Virus record (IMG/VR): IMGVR_UViG_3300045988_139374
Span: 96,001-160,000 of that record
DNA length: 64,000 bases
From: a virus
Reading direction: 5' to 3' (one strand)
A model generated the notes under the pieces. That model was not told the origin of the DNA. It made no database searches and worked only from the letters and a program-made list of their open reading frames with translations. Positions 1 through 8,131 of this stretch are shown here, piece after piece. Numbering within the stretch: the stretch's first letter is position 1; each line of letters opens with the position of its first letter. Position numbers and translations under genes: made by a program.

Positions 1-2285
1 TCTTTACTATTCATATTAAGAATTCTAGTGACAAAAGAGAATAGAGATCCATCTTTATATCTTAAGAATTCTCTATATGTATATGCCATTTTAGCAGTAC
101 CAATTTTCTTAAGATCATTATTCTCTTTAATATACAAATCAAGATTATGATCTTCAGAGAATGTATCAGGTACTACGAAGCATAGATTATTATCATCGAT
201 AGATTCTACAAGCCATTTCCAATCGCGAGTAAAATCATCAGGATTATGATAATCTTCTTCTTTAGGCAATACAATAAATTTAGATTTATATCCATTTGCT
301 TTATATTTATCTACAATAGTATTATTACCAACAAGGAAATATTCCATGTTATAATTCATAGTAAGTAGACTCTTATAAAGATAACGATATGCATCATAAA
401 TCTCTTTAGATGGAGGATTCCTCATGACTTTAATGATATGATCATAACAATCTTTATTTGTAAAGAAAATATCTTGAAGTTGTTTAAAAGAAATAATAGA
501 GTTATTATCTGGAACTGCATATGTATCTACATGCAGATCCTTAAGTGTTAATCCTTTATGATTTTCTTCTAACCAAGCAGAAATCTTTGCCAAATCTGCT
601 TCCATATTAAATCCTAGAATCTGTGCACATTTAGATCTAGTATCTACTATAGTATCTTCTACTCCATAATAGATATAGCTTAAAGAAAATAGAGCAATAA
701 TAGTATCTACTAATTCAAATTTCTTTGTCGTAGATACATTAGGAAGATTAATCATAAGAGTAGATTTATCTACGTTATTATACATAAGAATATTCATAAA
801 ATATCCTAAAGTAAAATTACGTTTTGCAAGATCAATAACTGCTTCTATAGAATAATACTTCGATCTCAGGACAGTAAAATCTAGATCTTTGATATCTTGT
901 TTTACGTCTTTATATTGCTTATCTCCAGTCCAATATGCATCAGATTCTACTACAGTATCATATTTCAATACACTAGAGTCTTTACGGATATAATTATCAT
1001 ATTTATCAAGCAATGGAACCTTAATAAATTTCAAATCATAATCTTTATCGTTGTCTTCAGATACTATTGTATTACCCATTGAGTCTGTAGTAACTTTCTT
1101 TTCGTCGTAATAATCTAGAATGTCTTTAGAATTTACATATCTATCTTTCATGATATAATATCTAAAAACTTCAATATTCTCTGCTCCGAAAATAGAAACT
1201 ATATCAACGATGCATTTATCTGTAGATTTAAACTTAATAAGTTTATTAAGATTCTTTACCAAAGCAACTTGATACTTTAGAGGAATATCTTTAAAATACT
1301 TTACTCCATTAGATTCAAAGATATATTTACAAGTACGTGTATCAAATATATCTCGTCTAATAATATATTCAGGCAGCTCAACAATCAAATCAATGATTGT
1401 TTGAATAGTAAGAAAGATCATCATAAAATTATCGTAATAATCAGATCTATACTTATAAGCTTCTGAATATCCAGTATACAATAGATATAGTCTATTTGCT
1501 TCAAAGAGATCTTTAAATCTACGTTGTACTTCTTGAGCATCTGATTCTGGACAGTATAGAAGAGCAAATCTATCTGCAACTCGTGCATTATAATAATCTA
1601 CTTCTCTATCTCCAATATGCATTATATATCTTACATCAGATTGAGTAAGATCCCAAGATGCTAAAGTATTAGTATCATTGTAGATATTTTCGCATGTTCC
1701 ATTTTCACAGATCAAATTCTTCTGTGATACAGAAAGTTGATCAATTGGCTGATAATCAGAAACTACGATACGATTTCCATCATCATCGTAATCATATTCT
1801 TCTTTATAAAAAGCAGATACATGATCGATGCTTGTTGGAGTTACAGAATTGATATATTTAGTATCAATCCACAAACCTTTCCAAGCACCAGTTTCATCGT
1901 AATTAGGCTGACCATGAAGCATACGATAATAGTTATTTTGCTCTTCATAGTTATCCTTAAAAATCTGAATTGCTAAATTCAATAACTTCTGTCTATCAGC
2001 CTTTGGAATCAAGTTATTGTCTCTAGCAAATGCCGCAGCTGTTTCTTTAGAATATAGGTGCTCAAGAATCTCTTCATCATAATAGAAATTACTAAATGAT
2101 ATAGTATTATTACCTATTGCAACTAGTGTATCTCCATTAAGCATAGATTCTTTTGTCTCGTTTTTATTTGCCAAATCATAGTCTTTTACGACTATTCCAG
2201 TGGCAATTTGTCGAGCATTATATACTATTTCGTCCAGCAGAGGGTTATCTGTAAATACCTTGTTGGACAAGGATACTTTTTCCAT
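1..2285 (-). CDS. Large hypothetical protein, first 761 codons; ORF continues past the left edge of the window
   Basis: ATG at 2285-2283, 10 nt downstream of AGGAGGA (complement of 2296-2302). Hand translation of the complement frame at 2285-1921, 1500-1441, 900-841 and 240-3 (MEKVSLSNKVFTDNPLLDEIVYNARQIATG ... YKDGSLFSFVTRILNMNSK) met no stop. It is missing from the ORF track only because it has no stop inside the window. No family recognised. Confidence 0.75.
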   Translation of the reverse strand, partial: MEKVSLSNKVFTDNPLLDEIVYNARQIATGIVVKDYDLANKNETKESMLNGDTLVAIGNNTISFSNFYYDEEILEHLYSKETAAAFARDNNLIPKADRQKLLNLAIQIFKDNYEEQNNYYRMLHGQPNYDETGAWKGLWIDTKYINSVTPTSIDHVSAFYKEEYDYDDDGNRIVVSDYQPIDQLSVSQKNLICENGTCENIYNDTNTLASWDLTQSDVRYIMHIGDREVDYYNARVADRFALLYCPESDAQEVQRRFKDLFEANRLYLLYTGYSEAYKYRSDYYDNFMMIFLTIQTIIDLIVELPEYIIRRDIFDTRTCKYIFESNGVKYFKDIPLKYQVALVKNLNKLIKFKSTDKCIVDIVSIFGAENIEVFRYYIMKDRYVNSKDILDYYDEKKVTTDSMGNTIVSEDNDKDYDLKFIKVPLLDKYDNYIRKDSSVLKYDTVVESDAYWTGDKQYKDVKQDIKDLDFTVLRSKYYSIEAVIDLAKRNFTLGYFMNILMYNNVDKSTLMINLPNVSTTKKFELVDTIIALFSLSYIYYGVEDTIVDTRSKCAQILGFNMEADLAKISAWLEENHKGLTLKDLHVDTYAVPDNNSIISFKQLQDIFFTNKDCYDHIIKVMRNPPSKEIYDAYRYLYKSLLTMNYNMEYFLVGNNTIVDKYKANGYKSKFIVLPKEEDYHNPDDFTRDWKWLVESIDDNNLCFVVPDTFSEDHNLDLYIKENNDLKKIGTAKMAYTYREFLRYKDGSLFSFVTRILNMNSK

Positions 2286-2375
2286 TTACATCTTATCCTC
2301 CTATCTCTTAATAATTACATATATGTCAACTCTCTCATCCTCCACATTTCATTAATCTAAGGAGGTAAATTTATT

Positions 2376-3242
2376 ATGGAAACTAGTGTTGTTCAATATA
2401 ATAATGATACCAAAATTGCCGACTCTAAAGATATAAATGTATATCTTGCGCAGGAGTATATCAATACTCAAGATCCAATTCCAGCTATATATTTTCCTAG
2501 ATGTGAATATCCATTAACTTTCTATCAGACTAGAGATACTCTAGCAGATATGGATAAATATAAAGCATTTATAGACAATTGCACTCATAGATTCAGAAAA
2601 TCTAGAACATATAAATCTTATAAATCATATCTTATGAGTATGGGTCTTGATAGATGTCAAGTTATTGGAAATATTCAAGATGGAATGGCTAATATAGAAA
2701 TGCATCATAATTTTCTCACTATTTATGATATTACTATATTAATATCTCAGCATATTTTAAATACTGCTGGCAGATGCACTACATTTGATATAGTAGCCCT
2801 ATTGATGCAAGAGCATAGAAATAATAATATTCCTATCGTAATGCTTTCAGAAACAGTCCATCAGCTATATCATGACAATCCAGATTTTTATATTCCTATT
2901 TCTATGACATTTGGTAAATGGTGGGATCTGCTAATAAAATATAGATATGGAATAACTCTTGATATTGCCTACAAAGTAGTAAAATATATTCAAAATTGTC
3001 AGAGAAATAATGAATTAAATTCTGTAGAATTTTTCAAACTGTCTGATGATATTAAGAATTGGGGAGAATATAATGAATACAATTATTATAACAATTATTG
3101 TGGCAACATTGTTAATTATGGTTACGGCAATAATAGTAACTCTAAGTTTGAGTTTAACACGCCTGTTGAAAACTCTTCTCCGGATCTCAGAAATTCGGCA
3201 GGAGTCGGACAAATTCTCACTGCAAACGAAATATACGGTTAA
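2376..3242 (+). CDS. Hypothetical protein; paralogue of 28258..29070 (shared IE[MI]HH ... T.H.L.H ... IP....FG core)
   Basis: ORF track; AAGGAGG 8 nt upstream of the ATG. First gene of a rightward unit, divergent from the 1..2285 gene. By-eye alignment with the 28258 product: NIEMHHNF / KIEIHHTPF, SETVHQLYHDN / TATEHELVHNG, YIPISMTFGKW / FIPPSKVFGRY. Confidence 0.7.
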   Translation: METSVVQYNNDTKIADSKDINVYLAQEYINTQDPIPAIYFPRCEYPLTFYQTRDTLADMDKYKAFIDNCTHRFRKSRTYKSYKSYLMSMGLDRCQVIGNIQDGMANIEMHHNFLTIYDITILISQHILNTAGRCTTFDIVALLMQEHRNNNIPIVMLSETVHQLYHDNPDFYIPISMTFGKWWDLLIKYRYGITLDIAYKVVKYIQNCQRNNELNSVEFFKLSDDIKNWGEYNEYNYYNNYCGNIVNYGYGNNSNSKFEFNTPVENSSPDLRNSAGVGQILTANEIYG

Positions 3243-3561
3243 AGAATCTAGAGATCTACTAGAATATCTTATAAATCAAAAGCTTGCAGAGTGGCAAATC
3301 TATAATCTAAATCCTGAGACAGAAAATTATATGTCTCAGAATAGTATGGATAATTGTATTGTCTATATTATTAAAGGAATCATCAATGAAATGACTCCTG
3401 TTCAAAAGATGATTCTTTCTGTAGGTTATCCTATGGAAACAGAAGCTGAACAAATTGAGAGTATAAAAAATAAAGCAAAGTTTGTTGTATTAAATTATTC
3501 TATTGAACAAAATACTCCTAAAGAACAAGGAGAATCGTTAAAGAATATTAATACATTTTAA
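3073..3561 (+). CDS. Small membrane protein (N-terminal TM helix MNTIIITIIVATLLIMVTAIIV)
   Basis: Track ORF 3046..3561. I prefer the ATG at 3073, preceded by GGGGAG. It overlaps the 3' end of the 2376..3242 ORF out of frame by 170 nt. Confidence 0.6.
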   Translation: MNTIIITIIVATLLIMVTAIIVTLSLSLTRLLKTLLRISEIRQESDKFSLQTKYTVKESRDLLEYLINQKLAEWQIYNLNPETENYMSQNSMDNCIVYIIKGIINEMTPVQKMILSVGYPMETEAEQIESIKNKAKFVVLNYSIEQNTPKEQGESLKNINTF

Positions 3562-3624
3562 TTTTTAATCCTATAACAATTTATTACTCGGAAAGATGTA
3601 TTGAGCAAAGTGTATCTTTCTGAT

Positions 3625-3717
3625 ATATCTGATTGGTAGGCTTCATAAAAGATCTCTCACATCTTTGTTTCTCTTTCAACCTCACAAATTGATAAGAAAT
3701 TCTTACTAATCAGATAT
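3625..3717 (+). other. Long-range inverted repeat or structured element immediately upstream of tRNA-Gly
   Basis: 3625-3640 (ATATCTGATTGGTAGG) pairs with 3702-3717 (CTTACTAATCAGATAT) over 16 positions. Two of these are G-T, which are wobble pairs only if read as plus-strand RNA. The 3' arm overlaps a copy of the AGATATTATA promoter-like motif. Confidence 0.3.
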
Positions 3718-3722
3718 TATAT

Positions 3723-3798
3723 GCAGCTGTAGTTCAATTGGTAGAGCGTCTGCCTTCCACGCAGAATGTTGCGAGTTCGAGTCTCGTTAGCTGCTCCA
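3723..3798 (+). tRNA. tRNA-Gly (anticodon TCC), CCA encoded
   Basis: Hand-folded cloverleaf. Acceptor GCAGCTG/TAGCTGC. D arm GTTC-AATTGGTA-GAGC. Anticodon arm TCTGC-CTTCCAC-GCAGA. T arm GCGAG-TTCGAGT-CTCGT. Discriminator T followed by CCA. Confidence 0.85.
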
Positions 3799-3939
3799 TT
3801 AGAATTTAGGTTTTGGCTTTCCCTAAATTCTAAAAATTCCATCTTTTCGTCAACGTTCGTATTTTTTCACATCCATCCGCATTTGTTCCTTTCTGTTTTT
3901 CTCTCGGCTAGTACTCTGGCTAGTCGAGAGTTTTTATGA

Positions 3940-4010
3940 TGCGCCATCGCCAAGCGGTAAGGCAGGGGACTTTGACTCCCCCATCGTAGGTTCGACTCCT
4001 GCTGGCGCAA
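3940..4010 (+). tRNA. tRNA-Gln (anticodon TTG), no encoded CCA
   Basis: Acceptor TGCGCCA/TGGCGCA, giving the U1-A72 pair typical of bacterial tRNA-Gln. Anticodon arm GGGGA-CTTTGAC-TCCCC. T arm GTAGG-TTCGACT-CCTGC. Confidence 0.8.
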
Positions 4011-4015
4011 TTTAT

Positions 4016-4104
4016 GCTGGAGTAGCTCAGCTGGCCAGAGCGGATGTTTTGTAAGCATCGTGCCTTTACGGATCTCGCAGGTTCGAATCCTGTCTCCAGC
4101 TCCA
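4016..4104 (+). tRNA. Atypical 89-nt tRNA; the canonical fold gives anticodon TGT (Thr) with a 17-nt variable region
   Basis: Acceptor GCTGGAG/CTCCAGC. D arm GCTC-AGCTGGCCA-GAGC. Anticodon arm GATGT-TTTGTAA-GCATC. Variable region GTGCCTTTACGGATCTC. T arm GCAGG-TTCGAAT-CCTGT. Ends T + CCA. The identity call is uncertain (see findings). Confidence 0.6.
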
Positions 4105-4160
4105 TTTCTTCTATCATTCTCTTCATGTTCAACTCCTTTCTCGTTTCAAAAAAAAATAAT

Positions 4161-4188
4161 AGAGGTAGGGATTTGATTCCCTACCTCT
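4161..4188. terminator. Bidirectional intrinsic terminator between the tRNA cluster (+) and the 4198..5010 gene (-)
   Basis: Stem AGAGGTAGGGA/TCCCTACCTCT with a 6-nt loop. An A-run lies upstream and a T-rich tract downstream. Confidence 0.7.
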
Positions 4189-4197
4189 ATTTATTTG

Positions 4198-5010
4198 TCA
4201 ATGAACAGATCTTCTATATAAGTCAGATACAATACTCATCAGATCTCTTAGAATTAGTAGATTACGATTGATATCTATTACCTTGATCATGCTATCATCG
4301 ATCTCACCCAATGAAGCAGCTCTGTAAAACGTATTAATCGTATATCCAGAGAATGAATCAAAGTTTCTATAATACTGTTTAGGAAGAGATCTAGTAATGA
4401 ATGCCTCATACATATTAGCCATCCATTTCATAGTACCTTTAATATCTTCCCGTTGAAGTTTGTAACAGAGATTACATATTAAATCTAGCATTCCATCTTG
4501 ATGTAAAATTAGCATATCGTCTCCGATACCTTTTACATCAATATTGGTATTGACAATTCCACTTACAGGGTCTACGATATCTCCATAATAAATTTCGAGA
4601 TCAGCAGCTTGCAAGTACACGGTGTAAACATTTTTGACTTTAAATTCAAATGGTGGAAATATTGTAGATGCAAGATTCCTACCAGCAATAAACATTGCAT
4701 CGTTTTTTACAGAAACTACTTCAGAATCTTCAATATTATTTGCAAATACCAATCGTCTCTTTGCTTCAATAATTCCCTTTTGAATATCTTTATATACCGA
4801 TTTGTCTTTCTTTATCCAAAGGCCAATTTTAGTCTCTCGTTCATTTCTATCCATTGCTAAATAGATTTTATGATCTTCCACACTTATGCGCTTAGTGTAT
4901 AATAGAGCATTAATATTAGCCTTAGATAAATCATACTCACGGATAAAAGTATTTATAAAGTATTTATATTGAGTTTTATAATTCAAAGATCTCCATAATT
5001 CTGTCGGCAT
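4198..5010 (-). CDS. Hypothetical protein
   Basis: ORF track; AAAAGGGG 9 nt upstream of the ATG. It has weak D.S / ND motifs reminiscent of polymerase palm motifs, but I cannot support a call. Confidence 0.7.
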   Translation of the reverse strand: MPTELWRSLNYKTQYKYFINTFIREYDLSKANINALLYTKRISVEDHKIYLAMDRNERETKIGLWIKKDKSVYKDIQKGIIEAKRRLVFANNIEDSEVVSVKNDAMFIAGRNLASTIFPPFEFKVKNVYTVYLQAADLEIYYGDIVDPVSGIVNTNIDVKGIGDDMLILHQDGMLDLICNLCYKLQREDIKGTMKWMANMYEAFITRSLPKQYYRNFDSFSGYTINTFYRAASLGEIDDSMIKVIDINRNLLILRDLMSIVSDLYRRSVH

Positions 5011-5036
5011 CTTGCATAACCCCTTTTATTGGCATA

Positions 5037-5258
5037 TTAAGGATAACCAGAAGAGAGATCAGATCTACTAATAGTTTCTGTAGTATCTCTTCCGCACTCT
5101 GGACATTTCATTCTGTACTGATCAAATAGTAAGCTATTATTTTTAGCTACTGTATGAATAGTTTCAGAAATTGTAGCTGTCCATTCACATTGACAATATG
5201 TGCACTTAAAGCTTATTTCTTTAAGTGTTCCATGTTTGATGATTTTCAATAAACTCAC
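5037..5258 (-). CDS. Small zinc-ribbon protein (CTYCQC ... CPECG)
   Basis: ORF track; AAAGGAGGTG at the start. The true start may be the TTG three codons in. Two Cys pairs lie about 40 residues apart. Confidence 0.6.
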   Translation of the reverse strand: MSLLKIIKHGTLKEISFKCTYCQCEWTATISETIHTVAKNNSLLFDQYRMKCPECGRDTTETISRSDLSSGYP

Positions 5259-5264
5259 CTCCTT

Positions 5265-5792
5265 TTAATAATCATCACTTATAGGAAGAGTATTTGTCAT
5301 AATCTGGTTCTCAACAGATAATGTCAAATATCTCTTACGGTCGTTATCGAAATTTTGAATTCCCATTACTGACATAAAGTCGCATCCATCTTGCGGAATA
5401 TAGTTTATGTCCTCTGCATTGTTTATGATTGAATATTTAATATCATATCTTGTCTGAATCAATTTCATAAAAGATTCATTTAGAATAGATACATAATCAG
5501 CATTGATATAGTCTGCAATACAGACATATACATGCCGCCCATCATATAGTGCAGTAAGAATAGACATAAGAGATGAACAAGCTGTAGGATCATTTAATAC
5601 ATAATTATAGTACCATGCATCAAAAGATCTTTCAACTTGTTCTCCCATTTCAACAGATGGATATAATGACTTATCAGGAGGGTTTACAAACAATCCAGGA
5701 AGTTTTTCGATATACTGTGTCGGAGAAGAGAGATTAAATACAGTAAAGTCAGAATTTCTCGGAATTGCTCTAAAAGGTCCAAAGACAAGCAT
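5265..5792 (-). CDS. Hypothetical protein
   Basis: ORF track; tightly packed behind the 5807..6508 gene. Confidence 0.65.
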   Translation of the reverse strand: MLVFGPFRAIPRNSDFTVFNLSSPTQYIEKLPGLFVNPPDKSLYPSVEMGEQVERSFDAWYYNYVLNDPTACSSLMSILTALYDGRHVYVCIADYINADYVSILNESFMKLIQTRYDIKYSIINNAEDINYIPQDGCDFMSVMGIQNFDNDRKRYLTLSVENQIMTNTLPISDDY

Positions 5793-5806
5793 TATATTAC
5801 CACCAC

Positions 5807-6508
5807 TTATCCAAACGTAACTGCTGCTTTGAGCAAAGATACTCCTCCAGTAGCCATCATCAGATTCTTTGCATCATAGTAGATTGTCATAGGATCAACT
5901 CCAGGACCAGCCATAGGAGCCAATTCCATACGAAGCTTTCTATCTGCTTCTGGAGATCTAGACAATGGATCGGAAAATGCTAGATACTTAGAAAGATTCA
6001 TATAATTGTTTACATACAAAATATCTGCTATGTGGCCATCATATCTAATATCATGTGCATATGGAGTATCAATACCAGTACCAATTGTAATACCAAATCT
6101 GGTAAAGAAATACAATAGTAGAGTATTGGTCCATAATGCATCATCTTCCAGATGACTAGGAGTATACAGAATGATATTACCACCATAGCTGAGATACATT
6201 AGCATGCTTCCAATGAACTCTTGAACAGTAGAATCATAATCAAGATAATCATTGTATTCATTAATGAATCCTTCAGAGTCTCCATCTATTTCCTTATACA
6301 TTGCACTAGGAGGAGGACAAAGAATTGTAGCCTTCTGACAATGCTCAGGAAACCAAACCTCAAGCATATTATCTGTCTCATCCATATCCATACAGATTAC
6401 TGTATTAGGATTGAGAGCTGCCCCAGGAGGGGGCATTCTCATGAGATTGTTTTTCAATACATCGATGTGAGGTTCATCGATGATATACATGGTGCCGGTA
6501 AGAAGCAT
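5807..6508 (-). CDS. Hypothetical protein
   Basis: ORF track; AAGAGGAAG upstream of the ATG. Confidence 0.7.
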   Translation of the reverse strand: MLLTGTMYIIDEPHIDVLKNNLMRMPPPGAALNPNTVICMDMDETDNMLEVWFPEHCQKATILCPPPSAMYKEIDGDSEGFINEYNDYLDYDSTVQEFIGSMLMYLSYGGNIILYTPSHLEDDALWTNTLLLYFFTRFGITIGTGIDTPYAHDIRYDGHIADILYVNNYMNLSKYLAFSDPLSRSPEADRKLRMELAPMAGPGVDPMTIYYDAKNLMMATGGVSLLKAAVTFG

Positions 6509-6526
6509 AATATCACTTCCTCTTAA

Positions 6527-8131
6527 TTAATTTTCAAAATCCTCAAGATTAATCTTTACATTAGGCTTAGACTTGAGCATTTCGATCATAGGATTAGAAT
6601 ACTCTTTGGTATCATCCTTAGGAGGTTCAGGATCCTTCTTTTCTTCCTCCTTATCCTCAATGGGATTCATAGCATCGATGACCCATTCATCGCTCTCACG
6701 ATTATAGAATGCCTTGCATACCTTTCCTTCATGCACAGTATAAGGTGTGCATACGATGGTATTGATAATAGACGGATCCTTTGCTCCTTCATATGCATTC
6801 TTTACTGCATCGATGTCAGAGTTATCATTCACGACAAAATACAATACATCTTCTTCCATCTCTTCTTTAGGAGGAAGCTTTGCAACAATCTCATATTCGA
6901 TATTATCTTCTTCTTCATCAGATTCAGAATCAGAAGAATCATCTGCAGGATTCTCAAGTTCCTTAGGTTCATCATGAGATTCCTCAGGAATGCTCTCTTC
7001 AATAGTATTGTCGTGAATGATCTGCTTCATCTGATCGAAGTTAATCTCTTCAGGCTGCTCAGGTTCAACCGATTTCGGTTCCTCTACAACTTCAGGAACT
7101 ACTGCAACAGTTTCAGGCTCAACTTCAGGTACAGATACAGTGGGAGCAGGTTCAGCATAGCTGATTTCCTCAGCAGGATGCTTCTGAAGCATAGCTTCTT
7201 CTTCCTTCTTTTTCTGCTCTTCCTTCCACTGATCATAGGTGATGCCCATCATCTTTTCATCAAAGATAATAGTATCATTTTCCATAAGACGAACGATGCG
7301 CTTTCCACGATAAAGTCTGGTAGTCATATTCTTATTCTCCTCTTCATTTGTATTGATAGTGAAAATTCTACTTACTTCAGGAGGTTTTGCTAGGTCTCTA
7401 GCTCTATAAATTCTTCCACATTTCTTGCAGATTAATTTATTAAAGCCATCATCATAGTCAATCTCTCCACCACAAATTGTTCCATCATCTAATTCATTTC
7501 CACATTTGAGCTTTCTGCCATCAAGCTCATACAAATATGGAAAATCCAAGATTACTGGATGACAACCTACTCTAATTCCTACATTCATGAAGAAATTAAT
7601 GCCGATATCTTCCATTACATATTTGCCAATAATCTTTCTTGACAAAATATAGAAATAGTCATCAGCAATCTGATAAAATTCATCAAATGTAGTAATACGA
7701 TATACTCTTTCAAAGGATGCAATTGTTCCACACGGAGAACACTCGAATACCTTGCAACAATAAGGCTTAAGAAGCTCTTGGTTATGATATTCTGCAGGAT
7801 TATCAGTAATACCTACAGAATCAATTGCCACTTTGAATACTGCATTGGGTGCAGCAGGATGGATATAAACTAGTCGATTGGTGCCACCAGCAAATCTAGT
7901 AAATCCTCTGAAATGCATTACTTCATCAATCTTATCCATCTTATACTTATTATTTCCGGAGTATCTCGGAGATAAAATAAGTTTACGAATATAATCAATG
8001 TCCTGCATAGACATGAGGCTCAAAATTGGAACAGTACGCATCTTATCCCAATTGAATTGCTCAAGTGTAGTAGTTCCTCCATACATGACATTCATTAATT
8101 CTTTTTCTTCTTCAGATCTCAATATTATCAC
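6527..8131 (-). CDS. Multidomain protein: tentative protein-kinase-like core, C4 zinc ribbon, long acidic disordered linker, C-terminal domain
   Basis: GTG start overlaps the stop of the upstream gene (GTGA). Residues about 75-205 carry GGTNRLVY, FKVAID, VMEDIGINF and ILDFP with kinase-like spacing. Zinc ribbon: CGNELDDGTICGG ... CKKCG. The region of about residues 300-420 is E/P/D-rich. Confidence 0.7.
   Translation of the reverse strand: MIILRSEEEKELMNVMYGGTTTLEQFNWDKMRTVPILSLMSMQDIDYIRKLILSPRYSGNNKYKMDKIDEVMHFRGFTRFAGGTNRLVYIHPAAPNAVFKVAIDSVGITDNPAEYHNQELLKPYCCKVFECSPCGTIASFERVYRITTFDEFYQIADDYFYILSRKIIGKYVMEDIGINFFMNVGIRVGCHPVILDFPYLYELDGRKLKCGNELDDGTICGGEIDYDDGFNKLICKKCGRIYRARDLAKPPEVSRIFTINTNEEENKNMTTRLYRGKRIVRLMENDTIIFDEKMMGITYDQWKEEQKKKEEEAMLQKHPAEEISYAEPAPTVSVPEVEPETVAVVPEVVEEPKSVEPEQPEEINFDQMKQIIHDNTIEESIPEESHDEPKELENPADDSSDSESDEEEDNIEYEIVAKLPPKEEMEEDVLYFVVNDNSDIDAVKNAYEGAKDPSIINTIVCTPYTVHEGKVCKAFYNRESDEWVIDAMNPIEDKEEEKKDPEPPKDDTKEYSNPMIEMLKSKPNVKINLEDFEN

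Noticed and set aside
1-2285. An apparent 2.3-kb ORF desert in the supplied track, which could have meant non-coding DNA or stop-codon reassignment.
   Set aside because: Hand translation of the complement strand from the ATG at 2285 gives an uninterrupted frame to position 3. The track simply omits ORFs without a stop inside the window. All other genes are close-packed with standard stops, so an alternative code is not needed.
3867-4271. Track ORFs 3867..4058 (-), 3920..4132 (-) and 4044..4271 (+).
   Set aside because: They overlap the three tRNA genes and the terminator hairpin and have no SDs. The tRNA cloverleaves explain the sequence.
4198-5010. A possible DNA-polymerase palm fragment (EYDLSKANINAL as motif A, VKNDAMF as motif C).
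   Set aside because: These are only two short, loosely matching motifs. There is no convincing motif B, and no exonuclease or thumb context in neighbouring ORFs. The evidence is not enough for a call without a profile search.
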